From the IMG/VR virus record IMGVR_UViG_3300024297_000002: a DNA stretch of 64,000 bases, one strand, 5' to 3'. The translations under genes and the position numbers were made by a program. Of this stretch, positions 1 to 12,700 are shown one piece after another; position 1 is the stretch's first letter; the number at the start of each line of letters is the position of its first letter. The notes beneath the pieces are model-generated. The model ran no database searches. It was not told where the DNA came from and saw only the letters and a list, made by a program, of their open reading frames with translations. Source of the DNA: an uncultured virus (IMG/VR IMGVR_UViG_3300024297_000002) (taxonomy: Duplodnaviria; Heunggongvirae; Uroviricota; Caudoviricetes).

Positions 1-33
1 ATATTCGAAAGTTTTGACTATTTTAGTCACGGA

Positions 34-1452
34 TTATACCTCTCTTACGAACCAGATATCTCCGTTATTACCGTCACTTGCCTGCGGAGCAATCGTACTA
101 ACATATTTCTCTGATCCTCCCCAGAACTCACCAAATCTTGCAACTTGTCCAATAGTAGGAACTGCCGTGCTATTAGTGTCTGTGGTTGTTATTGCGGCAC
201 CACTGCTGTCCCATGAACCTAAAGTGGCTGAAGTAACTTTTATGTTACCTGCTCCGGTTGTTTTTAAAACTTTTTGTCTGTTAGCATGACCATCTGCTGT
301 TGAGTCTGCATCTCTTATGATCTGTGAATATGAATTATTTTCTCCTGCTACCCAGTTATTTGCTGATACATCATAAAATAATCTTGCATCGTTTGTATCA
401 GATGTCTCAACAATAAGTCCTGCGTCTGCTTCTGAGTTTCCTGAATTTACTTTAATAAAAGCATCATCATACGTTGACACATTAGATGATGAAGAATTGT
501 ATTCCCCTGAGATGTTTAAGTTACCTGTGATAGTAACATCACCTGTTAGTGCTATTGCTCCTGAGGCTCCTGTGAATGCTAATGGAGTTTTTGTTGAACC
601 ACCATCATTGATTGTGAAAGATACATTTTTATCTTCACCTACGTTTGCAATCGTAACATTACCTGATGATCTTGTAATTTTAAATGCATCATTACTTGCA
701 TTTGCTCCAACAACTAAACCACCGTCATTGTTAATTTGAATTGCACCTGCTGTTGTATCAGATGCATCTGATCTTAAAAAGTTTCCACCTGCAATAACTG
801 TACCTGATGTGTTTGTTGTACCTGATACATCAAGTGCTGATGCTTGTGAAGTATTTCCTGTTAATTGAGCACCTAATGTTGAATTTAATGTAATACCTGC
901 ATTAATCTGTGCAAAACCATTTGATGTTTCTGTGTTATTGCTTGGTGTAAAAGAATTTTTTGAAAGTATTGCAACTCTTACGTTGTTTGCATACATTGAT
1001 GAAACTGTGTGTGAACCACCTGTGTATTGAATGTTTTCTATTTTCCAACCTGATAAAAGTTGTGAGTCTGAATATACAGGACCTACAAGTTTCCATGCTG
1101 AACCTGTGTAAGCATAAACCTGATTGTCATCTGTGTCTAACCATAAGTCGCCTGCCGCTCCTGTTGGTTCTGTTGATTGTGCTCTTGCGCCACCTGTTGG
1201 TTTAAATGACGAACCATCATAAACTTTCAAAGATGCTGATGCTGAATCATACCAAAGTTCACCTTTTAAAGGTGCAGTTGGAGCCGCGGATGAAGATGAA
1301 TTTTCTAATAATTTTACAAGGTTTTCGTTTAGTGCTTCTCCAAACCCTGAATAACTTTTTCCAAAAAGTGTTAAACTCGTTGAATTATTAACTGTACCAT
1401 CTGTAATGGTAGCAACTACTGTTCCGTCTGTTTTGTTAATTGTATAAGCCAT
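34..1452 (-). CDS. Tail fibre / baseplate-attached fibre protein (472 aa)
   Basis: N-terminus MAYTINKTDG...GKSYSGFGE..NENLVKLLEN...P.KGELWYD is paralogous to 1466..2986; Thr/Gly/Ser-rich beta repeats; C-terminal P...DG.NGDIWF motif; last gene of the baseplate operon. Confidence 0.7.
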   Translation of the reverse strand: MAYTINKTDGTVVATITDGTVNNSTSLTLFGKSYSGFGEALNENLVKLLENSSSSAAPTAPLKGELWYDSASASLKVYDGSSFKPTGGARAQSTEPTGAAGDLWLDTDDNQVYAYTGSAWKLVGPVYSDSQLLSGWKIENIQYTGGSHTVSSMYANNVRVAILSKNSFTPSNNTETSNGFAQINAGITLNSTLGAQLTGNTSQASALDVSGTTNTSGTVIAGGNFLRSDASDTTAGAIQINNDGGLVVGANASNDAFKITRSSGNVTIANVGEDKNVSFTINDGGSTKTPLAFTGASGAIALTGDVTITGNLNISGEYNSSSSNVSTYDDAFIKVNSGNSEADAGLIVETSDTNDARLFYDVSANNWVAGENNSYSQIIRDADSTADGHANRQKVLKTTGAGNIKVTSATLGSWDSSGAAITTTDTNSTAVPTIGQVARFGEFWGGSEKYVSTIAPQASDGNNGDIWFVREV

Positions 1453-1465
1453 ATATTACCAGTAT

Positions 1466-2986
1466 TTATAACCTTCCAACACTTATTAAAATGACACTTT
1501 CTTCTGCTGTGTCTTTGTTTTCCATTGCTTTTCCTACTATAGAACCCAATACAGGACTTAATGCCTTTTGAGCATGACCTGGCTGTGTTCCACAAGTAGT
1601 TAAAAGATCGCCTTTTGATACCATTCCATGAACTTTGCATTTAACTTTTCCTACAAGTGCAACTGGCAAACCGTCGCTGTCGCTGTTCATTAAGTAAGCA
1701 GGATTTTCACTTATAACACCTGCTACTCTTGTATCGTTTGATATTGTTGATTGTGTAACTTCTTTGTCTCCGCCAAATATTACAACTGTACCTACTTCGT
1801 AGTTTGCATCTGTTTCGTAATTTTCAGCCAAGTCGGCGTATTGAGCATTTGTTGCCGTTGTGTTTAAAATATTTGTTGAAGGATTGTAAGACAAATTTAC
1901 ATCTGTTGCTAATCCTAAATTTCCTGTTGCGGCACTTACAAATGGAATGAATCTTGACGCATTTGTAGTATTGTCTGCTGTTATTGTTGATGTTGTTGAT
2001 ATACTTGCTGTACCTGTAATGTTTCCTGTAACGTTTCCTGTAACTGCTCCTTGGAATGCTGTTGCTTTAACTGTTCCTACAACATCTAATTCTGTTGATG
2101 GTACTGTATTTTTAATTCCTATTCTGCCTGTTGATCCATCAATTCTTATCATCTCTGTTGATGTACCCGATACGTTTGCCTTAACAATTATATCTTTGTC
2201 TTGTGCAGATTGAGTTACTAACACATCACTGTTAGATACTGTAATTTGTAATTCTGATTGGTCTCCGATATAGATACCATCGTCTGTATCTAATGTTAAT
2301 CTTCCTGACATTGTGTCAGCCGAGTTAGATGTTAAAAAGTTTGCCGCCGAACTTCCACCCAATGCGTCTGCGTTTGTTGCCGTTCCGTGAAATTTTAAAT
2401 TTGCTATTGCTGTTGATAATGTAATACCAGGAAATATTGTTGGGAATCCTGTTATTGAAGTCTTGGGTATGAATGATGTTGTGCCATCATATACTGTTGC
2501 AACTAAACTTGAATTATTTTTAATTTCAGTAACTTTTTGTACAACGTCTCCTGAATCTGTTATAGTTGGAAATGTAAAACCACTTGTACTAGAAGAAGAC
2601 GGTCCTACAAGAACGTGTGAACTGCCGTTGTAAAAATATAATTGATCTGTGTCTGAATCAATCCAAATATCACCCGATGATTGTGTTCCAGGTGCTGTTG
2701 ATTGATAAGTTGCTCCACCTAACGGTTGAAACGTTGCTCCTGAATAAACTTTTAGTCTTTGATTTGTTTCATCATACCAAAGTTGTCCTTTGATGGGTTT
2801 TGTTGGTGCTGATGTATTTGAAAAATTTTCTAATAAGTGTAAAAAGTTTTCTGCAATGGTTTCTCCGTAACCAGAATAACCTTTTCCTACAAACTTAAGA
2901 TCTGTTTCAGAGTTTAAAACTGAATCTTGTACAATGTATTGAGAAACTGATGCTCCTCCGTTAGTCTTGTTTACAGTATACGCCAT
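1466..2986 (-). CDS. Tail fibre protein with C-terminal intramolecular chaperone / auto-cleavage (peptidase G2-like) domain
   Basis: Same N-terminal module as 34..1452; C-terminus AQYADLAENY...GTVV..GG.KEV...RVAGVISENPAYLMN...VALVGKV..KV...KGDLL...GSIVGKAME. Confidence 0.75.
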   Translation of the reverse strand: MAYTVNKTNGGASVSQYIVQDSVLNSETDLKFVGKGYSGYGETIAENFLHLLENFSNTSAPTKPIKGQLWYDETNQRLKVYSGATFQPLGGATYQSTAPGTQSSGDIWIDSDTDQLYFYNGSSHVLVGPSSSSTSGFTFPTITDSGDVVQKVTEIKNNSSLVATVYDGTTSFIPKTSITGFPTIFPGITLSTAIANLKFHGTATNADALGGSSAANFLTSNSADTMSGRLTLDTDDGIYIGDQSELQITVSNSDVLVTQSAQDKDIIVKANVSGTSTEMIRIDGSTGRIGIKNTVPSTELDVVGTVKATAFQGAVTGNVTGNITGTASISTTSTITADNTTNASRFIPFVSAATGNLGLATDVNLSYNPSTNILNTTATNAQYADLAENYETDANYEVGTVVIFGGDKEVTQSTISNDTRVAGVISENPAYLMNSDSDGLPVALVGKVKCKVHGMVSKGDLLTTCGTQPGHAQKALSPVLGSIVGKAMENKDTAEESVILISVGRL

Positions 2987-2989
2987 TTA

Positions 2990-3718
2990 TTAATATCCTG
3001 TGTTACCACCTGATGTAGTTCCACTTACTATATTACTTGTAGATGCTTGAGTTGAACTAGTTTCAGTGAAAGTTGTTAAACTTTGAATTCTTAATGTATA
3101 ATCTATTTGTATTAATCTGTTTAATGATTTTTGTACTGGGTGAAAGATAACGTGTGTTAACAATTTATTTGTTGTTCCGTTTTCTGTTCCTTCCCATGAA
3201 ACTAATCCTAATTCATCAAATACATAGTCGCCATTAAAGTTTGTTGTATTATCAAATGCCGCTTGTCCTGTTGGCTCTCCGTAATCTAGTGTGCAAGTAA
3301 CAACAATGTCAGTGTATTTGTTTCCTGCTGTGTGTCGCACTTCCATTTTGTTTCTTGTTGTATCTTTGTTTGTAGCAGAGTTATCATCAATTACTTTATA
3401 ATAAGTTTTTGAATATAACTTTGAATTAGTTCCTGTAGAGTTTGGAGTTAGGTAAGTTATTACACCTGTTGGATCGACAGTTGTTCCACCGTTTCCAAAC
3501 GCCATTTCATGTATGAATCCTGTTGATTTATTTGCTAATGAATTAGCCAAAGCCTGTGACATATTTTCATAGTGAATAGCATTTCTTTTATCCACCATTA
3601 CTTCACCGGTCTCTGGATCAAATATTTTGATATGACCAGACATCATAACGCCGTTCTCATCATCAGGCGTTTTTTCGTCTTTTTCTTTGTTATTTTCTTT
3701 TTTGGGTTCCTGTATCAT
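2990..3718 (-). CDS. Baseplate / tail-fibre attachment (collar-like) structural protein
   Basis: Motifs GHIKIFD..TGEV..DKRNAI, MAFGNGG, TCTLDYGEP, FDELGL, LLTHVIFHPVQKS..R.IQIDYTL; lies between wedge and fibre genes. Confidence 0.6.
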   Translation of the reverse strand: MIQEPKKENNKEKDEKTPDDENGVMMSGHIKIFDPETGEVMVDKRNAIHYENMSQALANSLANKSTGFIHEMAFGNGGTTVDPTGVITYLTPNSTGTNSKLYSKTYYKVIDDNSATNKDTTRNKMEVRHTAGNKYTDIVVTCTLDYGEPTGQAAFDNTTNFNGDYVFDELGLVSWEGTENGTTNKLLTHVIFHPVQKSLNRLIQIDYTLRIQSLTTFTETSSTQASTSNIVSGTTSGGNTGY

Positions 3719-3727
3719 CTATTGTAT

Positions 3728-6700
3728 TTATTCTGGTGTGTTTGTTGGCTCTTCCGCTATGAATCTAGCCGCAGTTGTCGTAGACTGGTTTAATCCTTTA
3801 CCATTTGCCGCTGTTGATGAGCCTTTCGTATACCATACTTGACCTTTCTTCATTAGTATTCTAATTTGTACGTTTGCCGCTACTGGATTTGTTAATACTA
3901 CGTTACTTCCACTAACAGTATAATTTACAGTACTACCGTCCTCGCTTGTCAACAACAATCGTTGGCCACCAATGAATATGTCTAATTGACGAGCGTCGGA
4001 CGGAGTAATTGTAGTGGCAAATGACACAGTTGACCCATCACTAACATAAGTGTTGGTGTATATTGTATCACTATAAGGCACGGTACTTTTACCGCTGGCA
4101 TCTACCACTTTTGTTCCGCCAATATGAGCCTTAATTCCTGTTCCAAGTGTTCCTCTTCTTATTTGAGATAACACATTACCTGACTTTTGGAAAAATTCTA
4201 TTCTTTCTTTATCTATAAAAATAACACCTGGCAATAATGTTGTACCATCTGCATCACCTAACACAGATGCATCTACAACTGTAATTGTTTTGTCTGCATC
4301 TGTTAAGTCTTGTGCCAGTGTTGTTGTTCCAGATTTTGCAATTCTTTTGTAGAATTGTCTGTTTAACATATCTTTAAACAATCTAAATCCTGTTTGTTTA
4401 GTCGATGATGGTACTGTAAAGTATAACACATCTATTCTATCTGCTGATGTAATTGTTTTGCCTGAAATTTTTACAACGTTTTCCGAAACTGTGTAATCAA
4501 ACCCTTGTTGCAATGGTTGATTGTTGAACCAAACATAAACAAAATTTGAATTCAATGGAGTATTGTACAATCTATGTTCACCTGATGCTCTGCCTTCTAA
4601 CACTTCACGTCTTGATTTCATTCCAAGAGCATTATTAAATGTTGTGGCACTAATTGTATCATTGTTGTTCAATGTTATACCATCAGTTGATAGTTGTGAT
4701 GTTTTGAGTATAATGTCTGTTCCAACATATGTATAGTGTGTATCTACATTTGTTGTGATTGCAATAACATCTGTTCCTGCAGGAGGTGTAATAAAGTTAA
4801 CTTGCTGATTACCAAAGTCGATTGTGTAATCTGTGTTTAGATCTTGCTCTGTTCCATTTACAAAAACTTCAACCTGACTTGCAAGTGTAATTGTTTTTGC
4901 CGGATCAATTGTTGAATCATCTGACAATCCAGATACAACTCCGTAAGCATATGTCGAACCATCACCTATGTAATAACTGTTGTCTGGACCTCTCAATACT
5001 TTTCCGTTGTGTTCTAAAATTGTTAATCCTGCGTATGGACCATAAGATCCAACTGGATATGTTAAAGTGTATCTGTTAGTTCCAGAAGAGTATGTAATTG
5101 TGTCTTGTCTGATTTCTGCATATGCTCTTCCTTGACCAACTGTTTGATTGAATCCTGCTATTTGAATTGATTTTCCAGATGCTGGTGCGGAATTAAACGT
5201 AAGTGTAAGTGCGTTTGCTGTTGAACTTGTTGTATATGCTGATGTAGGTATTCCATCAACTGTAACATAAAGTTGCGATAATGAACTATCTGGAGCAAAG
5301 TTTTCTCTTGTTCCTGTTTTAAAAACTTTTGTTGATCCATCTCCAACAAAATCATTTAGTACCATGTACTGTGATCCTGATATAGCAAAACTTTTAATTG
5401 TTAACCTTTGTCCTGACGTTGGTGCTGATCCAAATGTTATAGTTTCTGCTTGAGTATCAACTGTGTAATCTGTTAATCTTTTTGCTACATTGTTTACTAT
5501 AACTGATACTGCCGCCTGCGTTCCAGGTTTTTGACCAATATCAAAAGTCGTTTCCGTTCCGTCACATATGTAATTTTTTTCTACAATAAACGGTACTCCA
5601 GAGTCTGGTGCTGAATAAACTTGTATGTCTAACGTATCAAATATTTGTCCAGGAATAGATTCTTCAGGTGCGTAACTTGTGTCTGGAGAAACAAATTCAT
5701 CACCGTCTGTAATAACTTGATTTGGATCTACCCCTAGTGCTGATCCAAACATTCCTCCTGTAACTAATGAATCTAATGTTCTATCATCAGTTGGTGTTTG
5801 TACTCCGTCGTCATCGAATGGTATAAATTCAACTTTTACTCCGTTACCCGGTGCTGATCCTAAAGTGAATGATGTTGTAGATGAATCTCCTCTGTGTACT
5901 TCGTTAACCTGTCTTACACCATTTAGATATACTGTGAACACATCAGTTGGATTTGGAGCATCAGTGAATATAAATTGTGCTGTCGAGCCATCTCCGTAGA
6001 ATGTTCTAATTCTTGTTTTGCCATAACCATCCCAAGGTTCTTCAAACCATGGTGATTTATCAAATCCTTGTTCTCTGTTGAAATCTAAACCAGTAACTTG
6101 TACTCCACCATAATCTATACCTTCCATTAGTTGAGATAATTCTAATCCAGGCATTCCAGAATCTGGTGCGTACATACCTTGTATTCTTTCAGCGGCAGTA
6201 ATATAATTTTCGTTACCACGTAGTTTTGTTAAATTAGTATCTGTGAATGTTGTTCCTGTTGTAATTCTTTGTGTTGCTCTGTACAATTCGTTATCGTATC
6301 TTATTAATGTTCCATACTCATATGTTGTACTTGCTGTCCATGTTTTAACATCTGCAGATGATTTAATTCTATCAAATCTAATTGTTGTATCAAAATCTCT
6401 AACTAGATCGTTTCCTAGTACTGCTGATAATTTTGCAGTATCCGTTGGATTTGATCCATCTTCGTTTCCGCCTGTTACAATAACTTCAGGTGTAGTTGTA
6501 TATCCCCAACCTTGTGTATGTAAATTAACTTTTGTAATTTTACCTTGTGAAATTACTGCTGTTGCTGTTGCGTGAGTTTTAGTTCCAGGTGAAAATATTT
6601 TGTACGTACCTGGGTCTATTGCTTCTGCATGATTCATACTGCTGTTAGGCATATAAAAAGTTCTTGTTGGGTACTCATCAAATGTGTGTGAGTGTGATTT

Positions 6701-9700
6701 ACCTTGCCCACCGTTTTGTTTGTCAAAAACATTTGCATTTGATTGTATTGTGTAAACAGGATAGAAGTAACCGTAGTCTCCTGAACTTGCACCTGAAGAA
6801 CTTCTAGCAAGTACTGTGTATGGTCCTGAATCTTCTACTGTTCCTCCAACAAGACTTATTGTTGGAACTTTTGTGTATCCTGATCCTGCATTTGTTATTG
6901 TTAATGATTTTACGTGTTTTGTATAATGATCTTGCCACATTTTATACGGAAACTCTGTCATAAGTGTTGCATCAACGTCAGTATTTGGTTGAGGCGGTCT
7001 TACTTTAGATTTTGCGGTTTCATAGAATGGTGGTAAATCAAAGTCTGTGTTTAATCCGTCCTGTGTTTCAGTATTTGTATATTTTAATTTGTATTCACGT
7101 ATTTTTGTATGGAATGGTTTGATTTCATTTATGTACGATTCTACGTAATCATCTTTTCCTGTTGTATATGTTTTTCTTTGATTTAAAGGTCTTAAACTAT
7201 TTGTAATGTTTAAGAAAGATGATTTAAACAACCAGTTAACATATGGTTGTTCGGATAATACATATCTTAATCCTATAAAGAAAATTGTATTGTATTCTTT
7301 GTTTAAGTCGCCAACAAAGATATCATCACGTAATGCAGTTAAAATGTTTCTAGTTTCAATAATTGGTTCTCTGTCAAAGAAGTTTTCATCATATGTGTCA
7401 TCTCCTTCAAACCCTGAATCTTCAATTGTGTAGTCATATATTTTTGCAGATAGTTGAATTGTTCCATTTTGCGTTGCAACATTTTTAAAACCAGTTGCAG
7501 TTTTTTGATAAATTTTCCAACCGCCTGAATCTGATGTTACTACTTTAACGTAGTCTCCTACATTTACTTCTACACCGTCTAAATCATATTGGTAATCAAC
7601 CTGTTTGCTGATATAGGTGTCTGTTGATACTCCTGTGTCATACCAATCGTAGTATGCCCAAAAATCACTTGTTTTATATGTTTGAATTTTTGTTCTATTC
7701 CATGTGCCTGCAACTGCATTCCATTGATATATTGACCAGAATCCTGCCGCTGTTTCATCTGCTTTAACAAGATAATTTACGTTTCCGCTTAAATCTTTTG
7801 TGTTAACATAAGTTAAATCTTGATATGTATCAACTGACCCATCCCACTCTAGACTTTCTTTTGTAGGTTGTGGATCTGCTTTATCTAAATTTTTAAAACC
7901 AATTGCACCTATTAACGGTTTGGATTTTACAATAGTGTTGGCATACTGTATTATTTCTTTTAATGCTGTAAATCTGTCAATGTACCAACTTTGTCTAGGT
8001 CTTAGTTCAGTTCCGTATCTTCTATTAAGAGGTAAATTTGTATCCGGAACAGATGCTCCTAAACTGTCTGTACCTGTTAAACTATCCCACCATTTACTTT
8101 CTAATGCAGGTGTAGGCCTAATTGCTGGATCACCCTCTGCATATAATTTCCATACTTTATGAGAATCTATCTCGTTATCGTTTTCTCTGTAATCAACATT
8201 GAAAACAATATTATCATTCATTAATGTTTCTTTTACATTCCATAGAATTAGTTTATTTTTATCAGAAACTGCAAAATATCTCAATCCTGCTTTGTCTGGA
8301 TCTGTTATGATGTTACTGATATATGCACACGAGTTTGATCTTATCATTGTTGTTTGATCTAACGTTGGAACAACTGCAGAATTCTTAACCCAGAAATAAT
8401 AAAAATTTATAAATTCGTCTTTTGCAGAATCATATTTTTGTTTGATAGTAAATTGTGTATCGTCTATTGCTCTCGGTGTTCCAGAAATTTTATCTGTTAA
8501 TCCTGCCTGTGTATCTGCTAATCCGTTCCATTCAGAAGGTAATAATGTAGTTTCAATCCATTCATATATGTCAATAGTTGATCCAGGAAACAGTTTACCC
8601 CAATTTTTAGTTTTGTATTCTTGATCACCTTGTTCATACCATATCCATTTTGCTTTAGACAGATCCCACCATGTTTCGCCTTTGTGTTCTTCTGCCCATG
8701 CCGTTTCAGAATCTTCTGTTCCAAATGCATTATAATTGTATGTTGCTGGATCCCATGTAGTCTTATATTTGATTTCTCTGTCTGCCAATCCAAATATTCT
8801 TTTCTTTAATGGATCGTAGTAGTTTAACCAATCTTTAATTTTATTTGTTGCACGATCAAATATGAATGCTGATTCAATTCTGGTGTTGTTGACTAATGGC
8901 GTTTCTACTCTTAGACAATGCCAAGGAGTTCGACCAGATTTTGTCGAATCATAATGAGCGACAGATCCGTCATTAACATAAGTTGTTGATCCGTCTGCTG
9001 TTATACCGGCATCATCCGCTGGTGCACCAACAAATATGCTGTTGTCGGTTATGAATACTGATTGTCCAAATTGATCATTTGAAGAAACATTGTCATTTAC
9101 CAGTCTATCATCTAGTAGGTATTGAGTATCGTATTTTGTTGCTGTGAATACTGCCCCTGCTTCTCTGTTAATGTCTATTAACTGTGTGTCTTGCAGATCA
9201 AATGTAGTTGATCCTGTATCAAATTTCATTGTTCTAGGATTATCAGCACCTTGTGCCGCAATAATAATTTTATTACCTGAATGATTTATGTTTACTTTTG
9301 CACCGAATTTTACATTTGTCATGTCGCCTGCAGGAGTAATAGTTTGCTGTAATGTGTATGTGTTTGTAGATCCGTCTGCATTCCATTTGTAATAGTATAC
9401 TGCACCTGCATCATCTTTGAATGCTGTCGAACTGCCGTCTTGTACTTCTGTTCCTGGTGCACCGACTATAAGTGCTGATCCGTCTTTGCTCATTGCAATC
9501 GAATCACCAAATGCTGTGTTCTTTGAACTACCGTCTGCTGATATTCCTTCAAACACCTGCACTTCTGACCATGTGTACTGTGTAGAATCGTTATTTGTAT
9601 TACTTGTTCTTTTGAATATGTGTACTCTGCCTGCGTTGCCTGGAGATTTTGAACTCACTGCAAGAATATCTCCTGCATCATTTACTGCAACCTGATGCCC

Positions 9701-12700
9701 AAATCTGTGTCCTGCATTTACATTTGTTGGATATATTTCTGCTTCTTGTGTCCATGTATCGTATGTTGACCCATCTGTACCTACCGCCCATCTGTACATA
9801 TGAACTTTTCCTGTGTCGTTGTTTGCTCCAGGAGAACTTATGAACATATACTTGTCAGGAGTTTTTACTGTGCTGTTTTCACCTGGCTCTGCTACTGCAT
9901 GATCCCAACCAAAATGTAAATTTGCTAATGATGTTGAATCTTTTGGATACGGTGGATATATTGCTCCTCCAAGATCATATTCTATTTTTGAAGAGTTCCA
10001 TTTATACCATTTAACAAGACCTTGATCGTCATAGTGTGTACTACCGTCTACACTTTTATTATTGTATGGTGCACCTGCTACAAGATAATTTTCATCTGAA
10101 CTCAATGACAACGAGTAACCAAGTTTACTTGTACTGTCGTTATTTTCTGTCATTGTTTTTGTGTCTAATACTGCAAATGGCTCACCCGGTGTTGATTCTT
10201 TTCTAAAATAAAAATTGAGAACTCCTTGTGTGTCTGTTGGTGATGATGCAATTAACGTTCTGCCGTCATTTCTAGCAACTACTTGCCAACCAAAGTTTTG
10301 ACTGTTTTTTCTAGTAGGCGATTGTACTTGATTATAGTTTAACCATTCTTGTCTTTCATAAACTTTCCACGTTCCGGTTTCGTTATCTATAAAAACTTTA
10401 TCTCCCGGTATACCGTTTAATTCATCTTTAACTTTGTAATCATCAAAATCAATCTGATCATTTACATCATCTATTGTCGGAAATCTTACAGAAACAAATT
10501 TACTAACATCACCATAAGAAGTAACTGTTGATTGGTCTGTTATATTTGATAATTCTGATATATTTCCTATAAAATCAACACACACTTTACTTGATGATGC
10601 AACTTTTTTAATTGTAAACACTTTGTTAAGTGCAGTATTTTTAGATCCTGACACTAACATAAAATCGCCAACTTTAAATGTGTGGTATGTATTAAAACTT
10701 AATTCTAACTGTGTTCCTTCATTTATGCTTTGTAATTTTGTTAATCTTATAGGTGTTCTAGTAACTCTTAAAACGTCCCAGTCGTTTATTTTATTGTTTG
10801 CTACCCAAATTAAATCTTGGTTAGATACTCTGCTTACATTTAAGTTTAGTACATCTGCAATATTAAATGCTGTATGTTGTACGTCATCAAATCTTGGATA
10901 TCCTGCATTTTTATAGTACTGTACTGATTCTCTGTCTACTTCTGCTTTTTTGTAATTAAATGTTGAAAAAGTTGTTGATGCTTTGTACTCTAACGGTTTT
11001 TCGTACATTTCGACCGATGGTACAGTTGCTGATCTATTATAGTTTACTGCGTCATTTGTTGTGTCTAATAATTCAACACTTTGAGGATTGTGTAAGAATT
11101 TTGAATCGTCCATTTTAAATTGAACAGATTTTTTAGCATCAACATTTCCAAACTCGCCTGTTCTAATCATCCATTCTGGATATACTGATAATGTAATGTC
11201 TTCGTCTAAAAATTTTGCTCTTGCTAACTTATTAATTGCATTCTGTGTACCTTTTTCTCTAATAAATCCTTGATAAAATTTATATTGAGAAATATCGTTT
11301 ACAAATAGATTATTCAAATAATCTCTAGATTGATATCCAATCAAATGCTGTGCAAGTCCTTGCTGTACAGCATCAAAATTATCTGTTTCTAGATCATAGA
11401 AATCATTAAATTGTGCAATTTTATAATCAAAGTTAGGTATTAACTCTGGCGTAGGCTGACCAATTCTTGTGTAATTAGACAAATTAAACTCTTTACCTGA
11501 GTTATGATTAACTTTTGCCATGTAGTATTTTGCTTGATACTCTAACGAATCTCCAATTTTATAATCTGTGTTTGCATTCCAGAACGAAACTTCTGCTTTG
11601 TCGTACATAAATCCTGGCGAATGAAATCCTCCATTCCAGTTAGCAGTTTTCCAACCTACTAATTTTAGTCTCGACTGTCTAAATCCTGTTGCTGGATCAT
11701 AAATTATATCACTGAATACTGTTTTATTGTCAAACACCAACATATGTTCTTTTTCAACAGAGTGTAATTCCATTCCGTAAATTCCAACATTTTCGTTTTT
11801 TGATATTGCATTGAAAGTATTGCCTTCTCTTTTTACTGAAATATCTCTTTCGGAAATTGACCTTCCACCTGCATCTAACACAGTATAATTGTTATAAACG
11901 TTTTTTAATTTTCCTATTACAGAATTTGTTGTTTCTAAATTAAATCCACTTGCTCCCGGAGATACTGTTATGGCAGATCCGGCCGCCCACCCTTGTGTTG
12001 TCCAGTATAAAAACTCATCTATTGCTGTATTCCAGTTAAGTGTTTTATCTATTTCTTTTGAATATCTGTCAAATGCAAAGCCTTGAGATTCTAACCATTG
12101 TCCATATCCTTGTAAGAACTCGGCAACATCCTGCCTAGTTTCGAACAATGTTCCATATGTAACAGTTTCAACAGTATCTGAACGATCTTTATACACCGAT
12201 ACTCTTGCTGATCCTTGTACCTTAACAGTACTATTGCTATTTCTAATTGGCACATACATTTTAAATATTGGATTTGTTATGTCGTATCCTGTTACTCTAT
12301 AACCAGGTGCAATTGACGATCCATCACTCGATACTGTAGAATTTTTTTCTATCAGCACACCACTGTAATAAAACTTTTTAACAGGATTACTTGTTCTGAA
12401 ATATATTTTATAATTCTCAGTAGGTAAAAATTGTGAACCTGATGTAGATCCTGGAGATATCGAATCTGTTAAAATTTTTAAATTTGCTTTATCTGTGAAT
12501 CCACCTAACTTATATGCTAATTGTACATTTAAGTTTTTCATCTTATCATAATAAAAAGTTGCAGGATCTAACCCTTGCGACATCAAATAGTTAACTGCGT
12601 ATGGTTGATATCCTGATGTTTGATACCTTGTAACAACACCTGTTTCTGTATTAGTCGATGTTTCTAAATGATATTTTACTGTTGCTGATTTTTGTCTTAA